Shown: positions 31,276-41,867, counted from the stretch's first letter. The stretch is 64,000 nt of DNA from Pseudomonadota bacterium (GCA_039814425.1 JBCCBE010000002.1:5400-69399); one strand, 5' to 3'. The notes: generated by a model from the letters alone, not told the origin. Numbers and translations are program-made.

Positions 31276-32403
31276 CTAAAGCATTTCAATTAATTCTTGT
31301 AATCGTGCAGCAGCAGCTTGAAGCGTGTGTTTTTTCAAAACCCGTTCCCGAGCCTGAGCTCCCATAAGCTTCCTCTTATCCCGATCGCCAAGCAGTTGAG
31401 AGAGATTTTCGCGTAAACCAGAAACATCGCCTTCTGGAGCCAGAAGACCGGTTTCGTTATCTTTTACAACGAGCGGAACCCCCATGCTTTCAAACGCGAT
31501 CACTGGCAATCCAAGCGATTGCGCTTCCAGAAAAACCATTCCAATCGGTTCGTTCCATCCAGGCCAGAAAAAGATATCGGCCTGCTGTAACAGCCCAGCC
31601 ATCTCCGCGTGTTCCACCTGACCGGTCCAATGTATCCGCTCTTGTGGAATTTCACTAAACGCGTTTCGGATTTCCGCTTCTTGTGGTCCCCCGCCAATGA
31701 TCAGCAGGTTCCAATCCTGATCTATCATTTTCTCTAAGGTTTCTGCGATGAAGAGAAAGTTCCGCTCTTTTTTTCCCGGACGCATCATCCCGGTTGTAGC
31801 AATTACCGGGCTATGGTTTTGCCAAGTAATGGAATGTCTATCTCTTGCAGGCAATTGCAGCGAAGACAAATCCAAAAACGGCGAGAGGGCCTGGAGCGGT
31901 GCATTGTGTCCAAGCAGATCTTCCAAATAAACGATATCCGTAGGCTTTAAAACAATATGTAAGTCAGCCTGTTTAATGCCTTTTTGCGCTTCCAATCGCC
32001 AGGGGCGCCAGAAATCATCTGGACCGCCTTGTCCTGTCTTGGCAGCTTCGACATTGACATACGGGATACCCAATTTTTGTGAAACAGTTGATCCAATCCA
32101 GTCGGGTGCTTTGCAATAGGGGTGATAGGTGACCCACAGGTCAGGTTTTTCTGATTCTGGTAGCTGTTTAAAAGCATCGAGCAAGGCATCTGTTTCTTGC
32201 AATGCACCTTGTTTTTTTTCGCTGAGTATGTCTTCTGCGTGGCGCTTTGAGTAAGCAATATAACGTGAAGCAAGCAACACCTTATATCCACCGAGTCTAA
32301 AGGCTTTCAACAGGTTGCCTGCAATAACCCGGTCGCCTGAAGGAATTGGATGATCAGGAGGCTTGATCGGTGCATAAAAGGCAATTTTTTTGACGGATTG
32401 CAT
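31276..32403 (-). CDS. Glycosyltransferase, GT4-like (GT-B fold)
   Basis: C-terminal EPIGMVFLEAQSLGLPVIAFESMGVPLVV is an E-x7-E-type GT4 signature. Confidence 0.8.
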   Translation of the reverse strand: MQSVKKIAFYAPIKPPDHPIPSGDRVIAGNLLKAFRLGGYKVLLASRYIAYSKRHAEDILSEKKQGALQETDALLDAFKQLPESEKPDLWVTYHPYCKAPDWIGSTVSQKLGIPYVNVEAAKTGQGGPDDFWRPWRLEAQKGIKQADLHIVLKPTDIVYLEDLLGHNAPLQALSPFLDLSSLQLPARDRHSITWQNHSPVIATTGMMRPGKKERNFLFIAETLEKMIDQDWNLLIIGGGPQEAEIRNAFSEIPQERIHWTGQVEHAEMAGLLQQADIFFWPGWNEPIGMVFLEAQSLGLPVIAFESMGVPLVVKDNETGLLAPEGDVSGLRENLSQLLGDRDKRKLMGAQARERVLKKHTLQAAAARLQELIEML

Positions 32404-32561
32404 ATCTGATCGTGGTTTTCAGCGATGGAAATTCAAGGCATTCAAATTTATTGAAAGGTCCTAAGCCTAAGAACTTGTTTTGTTACATGGTTTTCTGATA
32501 AATGCTAACTATCGTTTAGTGCCGTGGCGTAAGTCAAACAATTGATCATCAGGATTTGACA

Positions 32562-33797
32562 ATGGACATTACCCGTCTCGAACAAGTAAGAATCCTGATG
32601 TATAGTCATGACACATTTGGATTGGGTCATCTTCGACGTTGCCGAACTATTGCTCATGCAATTGTAGAACAATTCAAAGGTGTGTCAGTCCTGATCATTT
32701 CGGGATCTCAGATCGCTGGTGCTTTTGATTTTCGTGCGCGGGTAGATTTCGTAAAAATCCCCTCTGTTATCAAGCTTTACAATGGCGAATATGATTCTAT
32801 TGGGGAGTATATCGATATTGATGAAATACTGGAGATGCGTAAGCTGATTGTTCAGCGCACAGCAGAAGCGTTTCAACCAGACATCTTTATTGTAGACAAG
32901 GAACCTTTGGGCCTTAAGGGCGAACTCCTGCCGACACTGGAAATGTTCAAGGAAAATAACACAACAACCATTTTGGGCCTTCGTGATGTAATGGATTCTC
33001 CAGACCTGTTACGAGACGAATGGGAACGTTCCAATTTGTTGGAACACGTTGAATCACTTTACGACCGGGCTTGGGTTTATGGTCCGGAAATGTTTTGGAA
33101 CCCACTTAAAGGCTTGAACCTTTCGCCGGAGTTTCAAAAGAACATTAAATACACCGGCTTCCTGGATCGTGAAATTGGTAGCTCTGCACCGGCAGACCTG
33201 TTCCACTCCCTGCCAGAAGAATTCATACTTGTTACCGCCGGTGGTGGGGGTGATGGTAGCGTGCTGATGGAGCAAGTCCTAGCCGCCCGCGAATATGATA
33301 GCACGATCGATTTTCCCATTGTCATGGTACTTGGTCCTTTCATGAAAATGGAAAATCGCGAGCGGATTCGGTCGCGCGCATCACATCTGGCAAACATCAC
33401 GGTATTGGATTTTGAAAATCGTATCGAAGCGCTCATGGACCATGCAGATGCGATTGTGGGCATGTGTGGCTATAATACGTTTTGCGAAGCGATGGCTTTC
33501 GACAAAAAGGCATTGTTTGTGCCGCGCACCGCACCGCGCCAGGAGCAATATATTCGCGCTAAACGAGCAACCGAATTGGGCTTGTGTGAAATGCTGACAC
33601 CCGACGAAGCAGCAGTGCCCCACGCAATGGCTGAAAAGCTCAAAGCATTACCGGCAATGTCCCCGCCATCCTACCATCTTTCATCTGGAGATATGAACGG
33701 GCTTCAAACGGTGTGCATGGATATCGCAGAAATTGCCATGGATTTGCAACAGCCCCGGAGACGTTTGGCCCAGCCTGCCGTGGTAAACAGCCTATGA
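32562..33797 (+). CDS. Predicted GT-B glycosyltransferase (MurG/GT28-like, uncharacterised family), paralog 1
   Basis: N-terminal YSHDTFGLGHLRRCRTIAHAI and C-terminal GMCGYNTFCEAMAF motifs. Same family as 35026-36180. Confidence 0.65.
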   Translation: MDITRLEQVRILMYSHDTFGLGHLRRCRTIAHAIVEQFKGVSVLIISGSQIAGAFDFRARVDFVKIPSVIKLYNGEYDSIGEYIDIDEILEMRKLIVQRTAEAFQPDIFIVDKEPLGLKGELLPTLEMFKENNTTTILGLRDVMDSPDLLRDEWERSNLLEHVESLYDRAWVYGPEMFWNPLKGLNLSPEFQKNIKYTGFLDREIGSSAPADLFHSLPEEFILVTAGGGGDGSVLMEQVLAAREYDSTIDFPIVMVLGPFMKMENRERIRSRASHLANITVLDFENRIEALMDHADAIVGMCGYNTFCEAMAFDKKALFVPRTAPRQEQYIRAKRATELGLCEMLTPDEAAVPHAMAEKLKALPAMSPPSYHLSSGDMNGLQTVCMDIAEIAMDLQQPRRRLAQPAVVNSL

Positions 33798-35029
33798 ACA
33801 GAAAATCGCGTGGGCGAATTGCGCTTGTTTTGAAAGGATATCCGCGCCTGTCCGAGACTTTCATTGCGCAGGAAATCTTGGAACTGGAACGTGCAGGGTT
33901 TTCAATAGACATCATCTCCTTGCGGCATCCAACAGACAAGCAGACCCATCCGGTGCATTCTGAGATTTCAGCGCAACGGCTGTATTTGCCGGAATATATC
34001 TATCAAGAGCCATGGCGAATTTTAAAGGCCAAACTCAAGTGCCATATAAAACCCGGTTTTTGGAAAGCTATTCCTGTGTTTTTAAAAGATTGGTTGCGCG
34101 ATCCCACACCCAACCGGGTAAGGCGTTTTGCTCAGGCAATGGTTCTCGCTTCTGAATATGCAAACGAATATGATCATCTGTATGTGCATTTCCTACACAC
34201 GCCGGGTTCTGTTACCAGATATGCTGCAATTATCAGTGGAAAGTCATTTTCAATTTCTGCACATGCAAAGGATATCTGGACGATACCGAAGTGGGAAATT
34301 CGGGAAAAACTCGAGGATGCGGACTGGTTGGTAACCTGTACAAAAGGCGGTGCGGAATATCTGCGGGGTCTTGCCGATCCAAGAAAGATCAAGCTGGTTT
34401 ATCATGGCCTTGATCTTTCGCGGTTTCCTTCGCCGGATGCAGAAAGTGAACCGAAAGAAAACAAACTGCGGTTTCTAACCGTTGGGCGGGCAGTGCGCAA
34501 AAAGGGAATTGATACACTGCTTTTGGCGCTTGCTGATCTGGATAAAAATATTGAATGGAAATGGACCCATATTGGTGGCGGCCCATTACTAGGCGACTTA
34601 AAGCAACAAGCAGCTGAGCTGGGAATTAAGGAAAAATGCACATTTGCCGGAGCATTACCTCAGGTTGAGGTTTTAAAAGCATATCACCAAAATGATGTAT
34701 TTATTTTGCCCAGCCGGATCGATGAAGACGGAGATCGTGATGGGCTTCCCAATGTAATAGTTGAGGCGCAAAGTCAGCAACTGCCAATTATCTCCACCAA
34801 AATTTCCGGTATCCCGGAACTCATTAGAGACGGGGTCAACGGTATTTTGGTAGAGCCTGATGATGTTAAAGCACTAAGTGGCGCGCTTTCTGAACTAGCT
34901 GGGTCAAAAGAAAAACGCCTAAAGATGGGCCGCTCCGGCGAGACAATTGTTCGTGAAAATTTTGACCATACAAGCACGATTGGAACAATTATCACTTTGC
35001 TCGATAAAAGCGTGAATGAGAATAAATGA
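33794..35029 (+). CDS. Glycosyltransferase, GT4 (WcaL-like)
   Basis: ATGA overlap with the upstream gene. RIALVLKGYPRLSETFIAQEI N-terminus and DGLPNVIVEAQSQQLPIISTKISGIPELI signature. Confidence 0.8.
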   Translation: MNRKSRGRIALVLKGYPRLSETFIAQEILELERAGFSIDIISLRHPTDKQTHPVHSEISAQRLYLPEYIYQEPWRILKAKLKCHIKPGFWKAIPVFLKDWLRDPTPNRVRRFAQAMVLASEYANEYDHLYVHFLHTPGSVTRYAAIISGKSFSISAHAKDIWTIPKWEIREKLEDADWLVTCTKGGAEYLRGLADPRKIKLVYHGLDLSRFPSPDAESEPKENKLRFLTVGRAVRKKGIDTLLLALADLDKNIEWKWTHIGGGPLLGDLKQQAAELGIKEKCTFAGALPQVEVLKAYHQNDVFILPSRIDEDGDRDGLPNVIVEAQSQQLPIISTKISGIPELIRDGVNGILVEPDDVKALSGALSELAGSKEKRLKMGRSGETIVRENFDHTSTIGTIITLLDKSVNENK

Positions 35030-36180
35030 ACCGGCCGGTAGTTTTCTTTTATGTTCAGCACCTTTGGGGCGTTGGCCATGTTTATCGTGCAAACCGTGTT
35101 GCAAAGGGCTTGGCAGAAAGCGGTTTTGAGGTTCATCTTGTCTGGGGCGGAACGCGGATTGAAGGGTTTGATTTTTCCGGAATCACATTTCACCCGCTTA
35201 CCCCTGTTAGAACTCAAAATGAATCTTTTAGCGAACTGGTTCACGCGGACGGCACACCATTCTCAGATGAAGACAAAGCAGCAAGGTGCGATGAACTCCT
35301 TTCGCTTTTTGAAACGGTAAAGCCCGATATCGTGATAACGGAGGCCTTTCCTTTTGGGCGACGGCAAATGTTGTTCGAGCTCCTGCCTCTGCTTCAAACT
35401 GCGAAAAATGCTTTAAAGGTGCCAATGATATGCGCCTCCATCCGGGACATTATGCAGGAAGACCGTAAGGAAAAACGGGTAAATGAGTCCAATGCATTTA
35501 TCGAGCAATATTTTGACTGCATTCTCGTCCATGGTGATGAAAATCTGATCCGTATCGAGGAAACCCTGCAAGGCGTGGAGAAATTTGCCGAAAAGGTTCG
35601 ATATTCAGGGCTTGTCACCCCGCCAGCTATAGAAACAGGAGAAAGACCACATTCAGAATTCGATGTACTGATCTCAGTTGGCGGCGGAGCTTTTGGGCAG
35701 GAACTGACGCGCAGTGCTCTGCAGGCAATGGCTTATTCAAGAAAATTTCCCAATAATTGGGTAATTGTTGCTGGCAGTCAGATGCCAGAAACCGATTATC
35801 AATACCTGCAAGCCAATTGCCCGGAGGGAATGACCATCTTGCGCCATGTTCCTACCCTTCTGCCAATGATGCAGGATTGCAAAGTTTCGGTTTCTCACGC
35901 GGGTTATAACACGGTTGCGGATATCTTGCGGGCCGGTTGTAAATCCGTACTCTATCCGTACACCGGAGGACGGGAGACGGAGCAACTACGCCGAGCAGAA
36001 ATTATTGCGAATAAAGGAATTGCGAGTTATCTTGCGCCGGGTGAGTTAACGCCAAAAGCACTGGGGAACGCCATAGATCGCGCCAGTGAACTCCTTCCCG
36101 CCAATATTGATTGGAAATTGGATGGTGCAGATAGAACTGCCAGCATTCTTGCCTGTGAATATCGCAGTTTTCAGCTATGA
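35026..36180 (+). CDS. Predicted GT-B glycosyltransferase (MurG/GT28-like, uncharacterised family), paralog 2
   Basis: VFFYVQHLWGVGHVYRANRVAKGL N-terminus and SVSHAGYNTVADIL near the C-terminus parallel the 32562-33797 product. 4-nt overlap with the upstream gene. Confidence 0.65.
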   Translation: MNRPVVFFYVQHLWGVGHVYRANRVAKGLAESGFEVHLVWGGTRIEGFDFSGITFHPLTPVRTQNESFSELVHADGTPFSDEDKAARCDELLSLFETVKPDIVITEAFPFGRRQMLFELLPLLQTAKNALKVPMICASIRDIMQEDRKEKRVNESNAFIEQYFDCILVHGDENLIRIEETLQGVEKFAEKVRYSGLVTPPAIETGERPHSEFDVLISVGGGAFGQELTRSALQAMAYSRKFPNNWVIVAGSQMPETDYQYLQANCPEGMTILRHVPTLLPMMQDCKVSVSHAGYNTVADILRAGCKSVLYPYTGGRETEQLRRAEIIANKGIASYLAPGELTPKALGNAIDRASELLPANIDWKLDGADRTASILACEYRSFQL

Positions 36181-36262
36181 AGCGTAGACGTTAAGCTGGA
36201 ATAGTTTCAAAACTTTATGCTATGAATTAAATTCAATTGTGTGGTTGAGGGGAATTGCAACA

Positions 36263-36760
36263 ATGGCCCGAACATTGATAGGAGCAGTAGGACTTGCAGT
36301 GCTATGGCTCTTGATGTCTGGCATATACGACAAGACGCTGATTCTGATTTTTGGCGTCATATCCGTTGCCACTGCAATCTGGTTGGGCAGGCGGATGGAT
36401 ATGGCTGACGGATCGCGTCTTGAATATCCAATCGGTGTTTTTGCAACCCTCAATTATTTGGTCTGGCTAATGGGAGAAATTGCCAAGTCGAATTGGGAAG
36501 TTTCGAAATTGATCCTTACTTCATCAGAGCCGATGCACCAAAAGCTGTTTAATGTGCCGTTTACTCAAAAGTCAGATCTTGCACAGGTTGTTTTTGCAAA
36601 TTCGATCACGTTAACGCCCGGCACGATAACAGTGGAAACGGAAGAAAATTGTTTTCTGGTGCACGCTGTTAATTTTTCTGATGGCGATATGGAAGCGCTC
36701 GAAGATATGGACGCGCATGTTTCCGCAATTGAAACATCGGAGGCAAAAAAGAATTACTGA
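36263..36760 (+). CDS. mrpE: Mrp/Mnh/Pha cation:proton antiporter subunit E
   Basis: Two N-terminal TM helices, then SNWEVSKLIL...ANSITLTPGTITVE, the MnhE signature. Confidence 0.8.
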   Translation: MARTLIGAVGLAVLWLLMSGIYDKTLILIFGVISVATAIWLGRRMDMADGSRLEYPIGVFATLNYLVWLMGEIAKSNWEVSKLILTSSEPMHQKLFNVPFTQKSDLAQVVFANSITLTPGTITVETEENCFLVHAVNFSDGDMEALEDMDAHVSAIETSEAKKNY

Positions 36761-37083
36761 TGTTTTTGTTTGCTACGATTATTTTGTTCATCGGAATGAT
36801 ATTGATTTTGTTTCGCCTGTATCGCGGTCCCACTCTTTATGATCGGGTTCTCGCCGGGAATGCGTTTGGAACCTACACGGTCCTGCTGATCGGTGTATTT
36901 GGCTTTTTGATGGAGAGACCAGACTTCCTTGATATTGCGCTTTTGTATGCGCTGATCAATTTTGTTGGGACAATTGCTGTATTGAAATATTTTAGATATC
37001 GCGCAATTGGTGATACCTCGCCGGTACCTGCAGGACGGGAACTGGATATCGGCATGCTGCATGATCGGAAAAAACGCCCATGA
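36760..37083 (+). CDS. mrpF: Mrp subunit F
   Basis: RLYRGPTLYDRVLAGNAFG...DIALLYALINFVGTIAVLKY matches the MrpF/PhaF pattern. Confidence 0.85.
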   Translation: MFLFATIILFIGMILILFRLYRGPTLYDRVLAGNAFGTYTVLLIGVFGFLMERPDFLDIALLYALINFVGTIAVLKYFRYRAIGDTSPVPAGRELDIGMLHDRKKRP

Positions 37084-37457
37084 GCATGATTGAATGGGCA
37101 GTAGAAATATTGAGCTGGCTGTTTATTGCGTCAGGCAGCATCTTTTTGCTGATTGGTGCAATTGGTGCGGTTAAGTTTCCCGATTTCTGGTCGCGACTTC
37201 ATGCGGTTTCGGTATCTGATTCTGGTGGCATGATACTGCTTACCGCTGGCATGATTATGCAGGCAGGGCTTACCCTTATAACAGTCAAACTGGTCTTAAT
37301 TGGTGTCTTCTTGTTCATAACCGGCCCGACCGCTTCTCATGCAGTAGCAAACGCAGCCTTTGTTTCTGGATATTTACCCAATGGCAACGTGCCGCCAGAG
37401 CTGACCGAAGTAAACGATGGTGAGGCTGAGCCTTCTGAAAAACGGATAGAGGGCTAA
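37080..37457 (+). CDS. mrpG: Mrp subunit G
   Basis: GAIGAVKFPDFWSRLHA signature of MnhG. 4-nt overlap with mrpF. Confidence 0.85.
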   Translation: MSMIEWAVEILSWLFIASGSIFLLIGAIGAVKFPDFWSRLHAVSVSDSGGMILLTAGMIMQAGLTLITVKLVLIGVFLFITGPTASHAVANAAFVSGYLPNGNVPPELTEVNDGEAEPSEKRIEG

Positions 37458-37461
37458 CCCG

Positions 37462-38013
37462 ATGGATGTTTTCGTAAATCTCGTTTTGTTCGCTATGCTG
37501 GTTTCTACTGCCTTTGCGATTTTGCAAATGCGCAGGCTCTTTGGTGTGGTGATGATGGCGGGCGTATTTAGCCTGTTGTCTGCACTTTTATTTGTAACGC
37601 TGGATGCTGTCGATGTTGCATTTACCGAAGCTGCTGTAGGCGCCGGAATTTCAACTGTTTTGATGCTTGGTACAATGGCTCTTACCAGTAGGGACGAGAA
37701 ACTGCCGCGCAAAAGTTCTGTTATTCCGATCCTGGTAGTGATGATTACCGGTGCAGTATTGATCTACGGAACTCTGGATATGCCAGATTTTGGCTCAGCA
37801 AATTCAGCGGCGCAAACCCACGTTGCTGCCGACTACCTGGAGCGTACGCCAAAAGATACTGGCGTGCCAAATGTTGTCACGGCTATTTTGGCAAGTTATC
37901 GCGGCTATGACACATTTGGCGAGGTGGTTGTAGTGTTTACCGCAGCAATTGCTGTTCTGGTCCTGATTGGAGGGCTGGCAAGGCGCAAGGATGACGAGGA
38001 GGAAACGCATTAA
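37462..38013 (+). CDS. DUF4040 / MnhB N-terminal-domain protein (MbhD-like)
   Basis: 183 aa membrane protein with DAVDVAFTEAAVGAGISTVL. Its position in the cluster matches MbhD/E of Mbh-type modules. Confidence 0.75.
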   Translation: MDVFVNLVLFAMLVSTAFAILQMRRLFGVVMMAGVFSLLSALLFVTLDAVDVAFTEAAVGAGISTVLMLGTMALTSRDEKLPRKSSVIPILVVMITGAVLIYGTLDMPDFGSANSAAQTHVAADYLERTPKDTGVPNVVTAILASYRGYDTFGEVVVVFTAAIAVLVLIGGLARRKDDEEETH

Positions 38014-38450
38014 TGCGACATCATCTTATCCTGCGTGTAATAACCAAACTAATTGTTCCGCCAATTATTTTATTTGCATTATATGTGCAATTTCATGGTG
38101 ACTATTCACCCGGTGGTGGTTTTCAGGCAGGCGTAATTTTTGCCGCTGGTCTTATTCTCTTCGGCATTGTTTATGGCTTGCGCAAGGTAAAGAAAGTGCT
38201 GCCCCCTTGGCTCATTCATAAACTCACAGCGCTAGGGGTATTGATCTATGGCGGGACAGGGGTAGTGAGCCTGTTTTTCGATAAGGCATTTCTCGATTAT
38301 TCAGTTCTTGCCAGTTACCCAAAAGATGGCCAGCATTATGGCATTCTCGCTGTTGAAATCGGGGTCGGTGTTGCTGTGGCGGCCGTCATGATCGCGATTT
38401 ATTATGCATTCGCTGCCCGTCCACCCCGCATTAATGACGAAGACTGGTAG
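38013..38450 (+). CDS. mrpB: Mrp subunit B (MnhB domain)
   Basis: HGDYSPGGGFQAGVIFA motif. Confidence 0.85.
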   Translation: MRHHLILRVITKLIVPPIILFALYVQFHGDYSPGGGFQAGVIFAAGLILFGIVYGLRKVKKVLPPWLIHKLTALGVLIYGGTGVVSLFFDKAFLDYSVLASYPKDGQHYGILAVEIGVGVAVAAVMIAIYYAFAARPPRINDEDW

Positions 38451-38453
38451 GCG

Positions 38454-38879
38454 ATGATGATGGAATTCGTCCTTGGGCATATGAATTACTGGTTGTTCAT
38501 CATTTTGATGATGACCGGATTTTACATAGTAGTTGCACGCGGAAACTTCGTGAAAAAGATTGTTGGGTTAAACATCTTTCAGACCTCGGTTTTCATGTTT
38601 TACATCTCTATCGGCAAAGTCGCCGGGGGAACCGCGCCGATATATCCGATCGATCTGAACGTTGATCCTAGTGTCACATACTCCAATCCATTGCCCCATG
38701 TGTTGATCCTAACCGCAATTGTTGTTGGGGTTGCAACTACAGCACTTGGGCTTGCGTTGATCATCCGGATCCGGGAGGCATACGATACCATTGAAGAAGA
38801 AGACATTCTGGAAATAGAACAAGCGATGCAACGCAAGGAAAATGCCATTGAAGGCAGTGCCATGGGAGGGCGCGCTTAA
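38454..38879 (+). CDS. mrpC: Mrp subunit C (NuoK-like)
   Basis: Three TM helices, GLNIFQTSVFMFYISIG. Confidence 0.85.
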   Translation: MMMEFVLGHMNYWLFIILMMTGFYIVVARGNFVKKIVGLNIFQTSVFMFYISIGKVAGGTAPIYPIDLNVDPSVTYSNPLPHVLILTAIVVGVATTALGLALIIRIREAYDTIEEEDILEIEQAMQRKENAIEGSAMGGRA

Positions 38880-40393
38880 TGGCCGTTTCTTCGTCACCTA
38901 CAGTGACTTTTATAGAGCACCTTCCGGTTTTAACTGTACTGGTTCCGCTATTGGCAGCGCCAATTATCGTGTTAATCGGCAGCAGGTTTCTGGCCTGGAA
39001 AATCGCATTTCTTGCAAGCCTTGTTTCATGTCTTTTTGCAAGTAACCTTTTGCTGGATACAATTGATGGCAGCGTTATTTCTTATGCTCTTGGCGGATGG
39101 GAACCTCCGCTTGGCATTGAATACCGCATCGATGCGGCGAACGCTTTTGTATTGTTTCTGATTTCAGGGGTTAGTACGCTGGTTCTGCCTTACGCAAAAC
39201 GAAGCGTTGAGTTTGAAATTCGCGAAGTCAGCCATACGCTTTTCTACTGTTGTTATCTGTTATGCTTTGCCGGACTTTTAGGTGTTGTTGCCACGGGTGA
39301 TGCGTTTAACGTTTTCGTCTTTTTGGAGATTTCATCGCTATCTACATATGTGCTTGTTGCGATGGGTGCAGAACGCGACAAGCGTGCACTTACAGCAGCT
39401 TATGATTATCTGATCATGGGTACGATCGGCGCCACTTTCTTTGTCATTGGTATCGGATTTTTGTATATGGCGACCGGTACCCTGAACATGGCGGATATGT
39501 CGGATAGACTTGCCAATTTGGAAGACAATAGAACTGTTCAGGCGGGGTTCGCTTTTATTGTTGTTGGCATGGGGCTTAAGGCAGCAATTTATCCGATGCA
39601 TCTTTGGTTGCCGGGCGCCTATACCTATGCACCTTCCGTCGTCACCGCGTTTCTTGCAGCAACCGCAACCAAAGCCGCAATCTATGTGATTGCCCGCTTT
39701 ATGTTCTCTGTTTATCAACCGGAATTCATTTTCGAAATTCACACGCTGAATTGGGTGATCATACCATTGGCGCTGTTGGCGATGTTTGCAGCGTCTCTCA
39801 TTGCAGTATTTCAGCGTGAGCTAAAACGGCTTCTTGCCTACTCCAGTATTGCACAGATCGGTTATATGATGCTTGGCATAGGCTTCATGACCAAAACCGG
39901 TTTATCCGCCTCCATAGTACACCTTTTCAACCACGGTGTGACCAAGGCAACGTTGTTCATGGCGGCGGGTGCCTATATTATGCGCGGCGGCAGCAGCTTC
40001 TGTGATCGACTTTCTGGAATGGGAAGCCGAATGCCATTTACCAGCGCTGCTTTTGTTGTCGGAGGTTTAAGCCTGATCGGTGTGCCGGGAACTGCCGGTT
40101 TCATTTCCAAATGGGTTTTAGTACAAGCAGCGTTCGAAAAAGGCTGGTGGTGGATGGCACTGTTGATCGTTGCCTCGTCTCTTCTTGCTGTCATCTATGT
40201 TTGGCGGATCGTAGAAATACTCTACTTGCAATCCCCGCCGGAAGATCAAGAGACTGAAGAAGCACCTTGGTCCATGGTTGTGCCAATGTGGCTGCTCGCG
40301 GGAGTTTGTATTTGGTCAGGCCTTAATACAGAATTTACGCTTGGCGCGGCTGCAACTGCAGCAGACGGATTTCTGTCTGGAGGTGGCCAATAA
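38879..40393 (+). CDS. mrpD: Antiporter-like subunit, MrpD/NuoN/M family, copy 1
   Basis: 504 aa polytopic protein. LLAYSSIAQIGYMMLG and HLFNHGVTKATLFMAAG are proton-conducting-membrane-transporter signatures. Confidence 0.88.
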   Translation: MAVSSSPTVTFIEHLPVLTVLVPLLAAPIIVLIGSRFLAWKIAFLASLVSCLFASNLLLDTIDGSVISYALGGWEPPLGIEYRIDAANAFVLFLISGVSTLVLPYAKRSVEFEIREVSHTLFYCCYLLCFAGLLGVVATGDAFNVFVFLEISSLSTYVLVAMGAERDKRALTAAYDYLIMGTIGATFFVIGIGFLYMATGTLNMADMSDRLANLEDNRTVQAGFAFIVVGMGLKAAIYPMHLWLPGAYTYAPSVVTAFLAATATKAAIYVIARFMFSVYQPEFIFEIHTLNWVIIPLALLAMFAASLIAVFQRELKRLLAYSSIAQIGYMMLGIGFMTKTGLSASIVHLFNHGVTKATLFMAAGAYIMRGGSSFCDRLSGMGSRMPFTSAAFVVGGLSLIGVPGTAGFISKWVLVQAAFEKGWWWMALLIVASSLLAVIYVWRIVEILYLQSPPEDQETEEAPWSMVVPMWLLAGVCIWSGLNTEFTLGAAATAADGFLSGGGQ

Positions 40394-41859
40394 TGGACAT
40401 TAATACAGCAATACTGGTTTCCATACTGTTGCCGACTATTGCCTGCTTCAGCAACATTTTCCATGGTGATGATCGCGCTAATCTTCGCGATGGTGTCACC
40501 ATGATTGCAGCTCTTGGTACTTTTGGTTGCGTTCTTTTCATACTGATTAGCACCGGTGGCGCACCTACTGATACACTTACGCTTTTCAGCATTATGCCCG
40601 GCCTGGACATAGCCTTTGCAGTTGAGCCGCTTGGCCTTTTGTTTGCGATGATTGCATCCGGTCTTTGGTGTGTAACTCATCTTTACGCAATCGGGTATAT
40701 GCGCGGAAACAAGGAAGAAAATCACCCAAGGTTTTTCGCCGCTTTTTCTATCTCGATTGCTGCAACGCTCGCATTGGCTTTTTCCGCAAATATGTTCTCG
40801 CTTTTCGTATTTTATGAGGTGCTAACAATCGCGACTTACCCGCTGGTTGCGCACAAAGGTACGGAAGAGGCAAAACGTGGCGCCCGTATCTACCTTGGCA
40901 TATTGATGGGAACGTCAATCGCGCTTCTGCTGACCGCGATTATCTGGACCTGGTTTCTGGCAGGCACGCTTGATTTCACAAAGGGTGGTATTCTGGAAGG
41001 CAATGTGAGCGGCCCATTGGTAGCAGTTCTGCTTGCGCTTTATGCGTTTGGCATTGGTAAGGCAGCGCTCATGCCGTTTCACCGTTGGTTGCCATCTGCG
41101 ATGGTTGCCCCGACACCCGTTTCTGCATTGCTCCACGCGGTCGCGGTTGTTAAGGCCGGCGTATTCACCATGCTAAAGGTTGGAGTTTACATTTTCGGCG
41201 TTGACTTTCTGGCTACTACCGGCGCATCGCAATGGCTGATGTGGCTTGCAGCTTTTTCCATTCTCGCTGCGTCCATTATTGCGATGACCAAAGACAATCT
41301 GAAAGCAAGGCTTGCCTACTCAACAGTAAGCCAATTGTCCTATATTACTTTAGGTATGGCGCTTGCTACTTCCATGGGCGCGATAGGCGGTGGCATTCAC
41401 ATTGCAATGCATGCCTTTGGCAAGATAACGCTCTTCATGTGTGCCGGCGCAATTTATGTTGCAACCCATAAAACAGAGATCAAACACATGACCGGCCTTG
41501 GACGTGTAATGCCGTTTACCTATGGTGCATTTCTGGTCGGTGCGCTTTCGATTATCGGCTTGCCACCGCTGGGTGGGTCCTGGTCAAAATGGTATCTGAT
41601 GATCGGTGCAGCTGACACGGGGCAGGTGATTATGATTGCGGTGTTGATGATCAGTTCTCTGTTGAATGTGGCCTATCTGCTGCCGATTGTAGCCAAAGGC
41701 TTCTTCTATGATACGCCGGATCAGCCGTCACCTGCGAAGATAAACGAAGCGCCATTCCTTTGCGTAATGCCGCCGGTTTTTTGCGCACTCGGCTGTATAG
41801 TGTTGTTCTTTTATGCAGGCGAGATATTTGCTCTGCTTGAGCCGATGGTAACGAAATAG
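40393..41859 (+). CDS. Antiporter-like subunit, MrpD family, copy 2
   Basis: 488 aa. RLAYSTVSQLSYITLG and HAFGKITLFMCAGA signatures. Its start overlaps the copy 1 stop. Confidence 0.88.
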   Translation: MDINTAILVSILLPTIACFSNIFHGDDRANLRDGVTMIAALGTFGCVLFILISTGGAPTDTLTLFSIMPGLDIAFAVEPLGLLFAMIASGLWCVTHLYAIGYMRGNKEENHPRFFAAFSISIAATLALAFSANMFSLFVFYEVLTIATYPLVAHKGTEEAKRGARIYLGILMGTSIALLLTAIIWTWFLAGTLDFTKGGILEGNVSGPLVAVLLALYAFGIGKAALMPFHRWLPSAMVAPTPVSALLHAVAVVKAGVFTMLKVGVYIFGVDFLATTGASQWLMWLAAFSILAASIIAMTKDNLKARLAYSTVSQLSYITLGMALATSMGAIGGGIHIAMHAFGKITLFMCAGAIYVATHKTEIKHMTGLGRVMPFTYGAFLVGALSIIGLPPLGGSWSKWYLMIGAADTGQVIMIAVLMISSLLNVAYLLPIVAKGFFYDTPDQPSPAKINEAPFLCVMPPVFCALGCIVLFFYAGEIFALLEPMVTK

Positions 41860-41867
41860 GGGATGCG

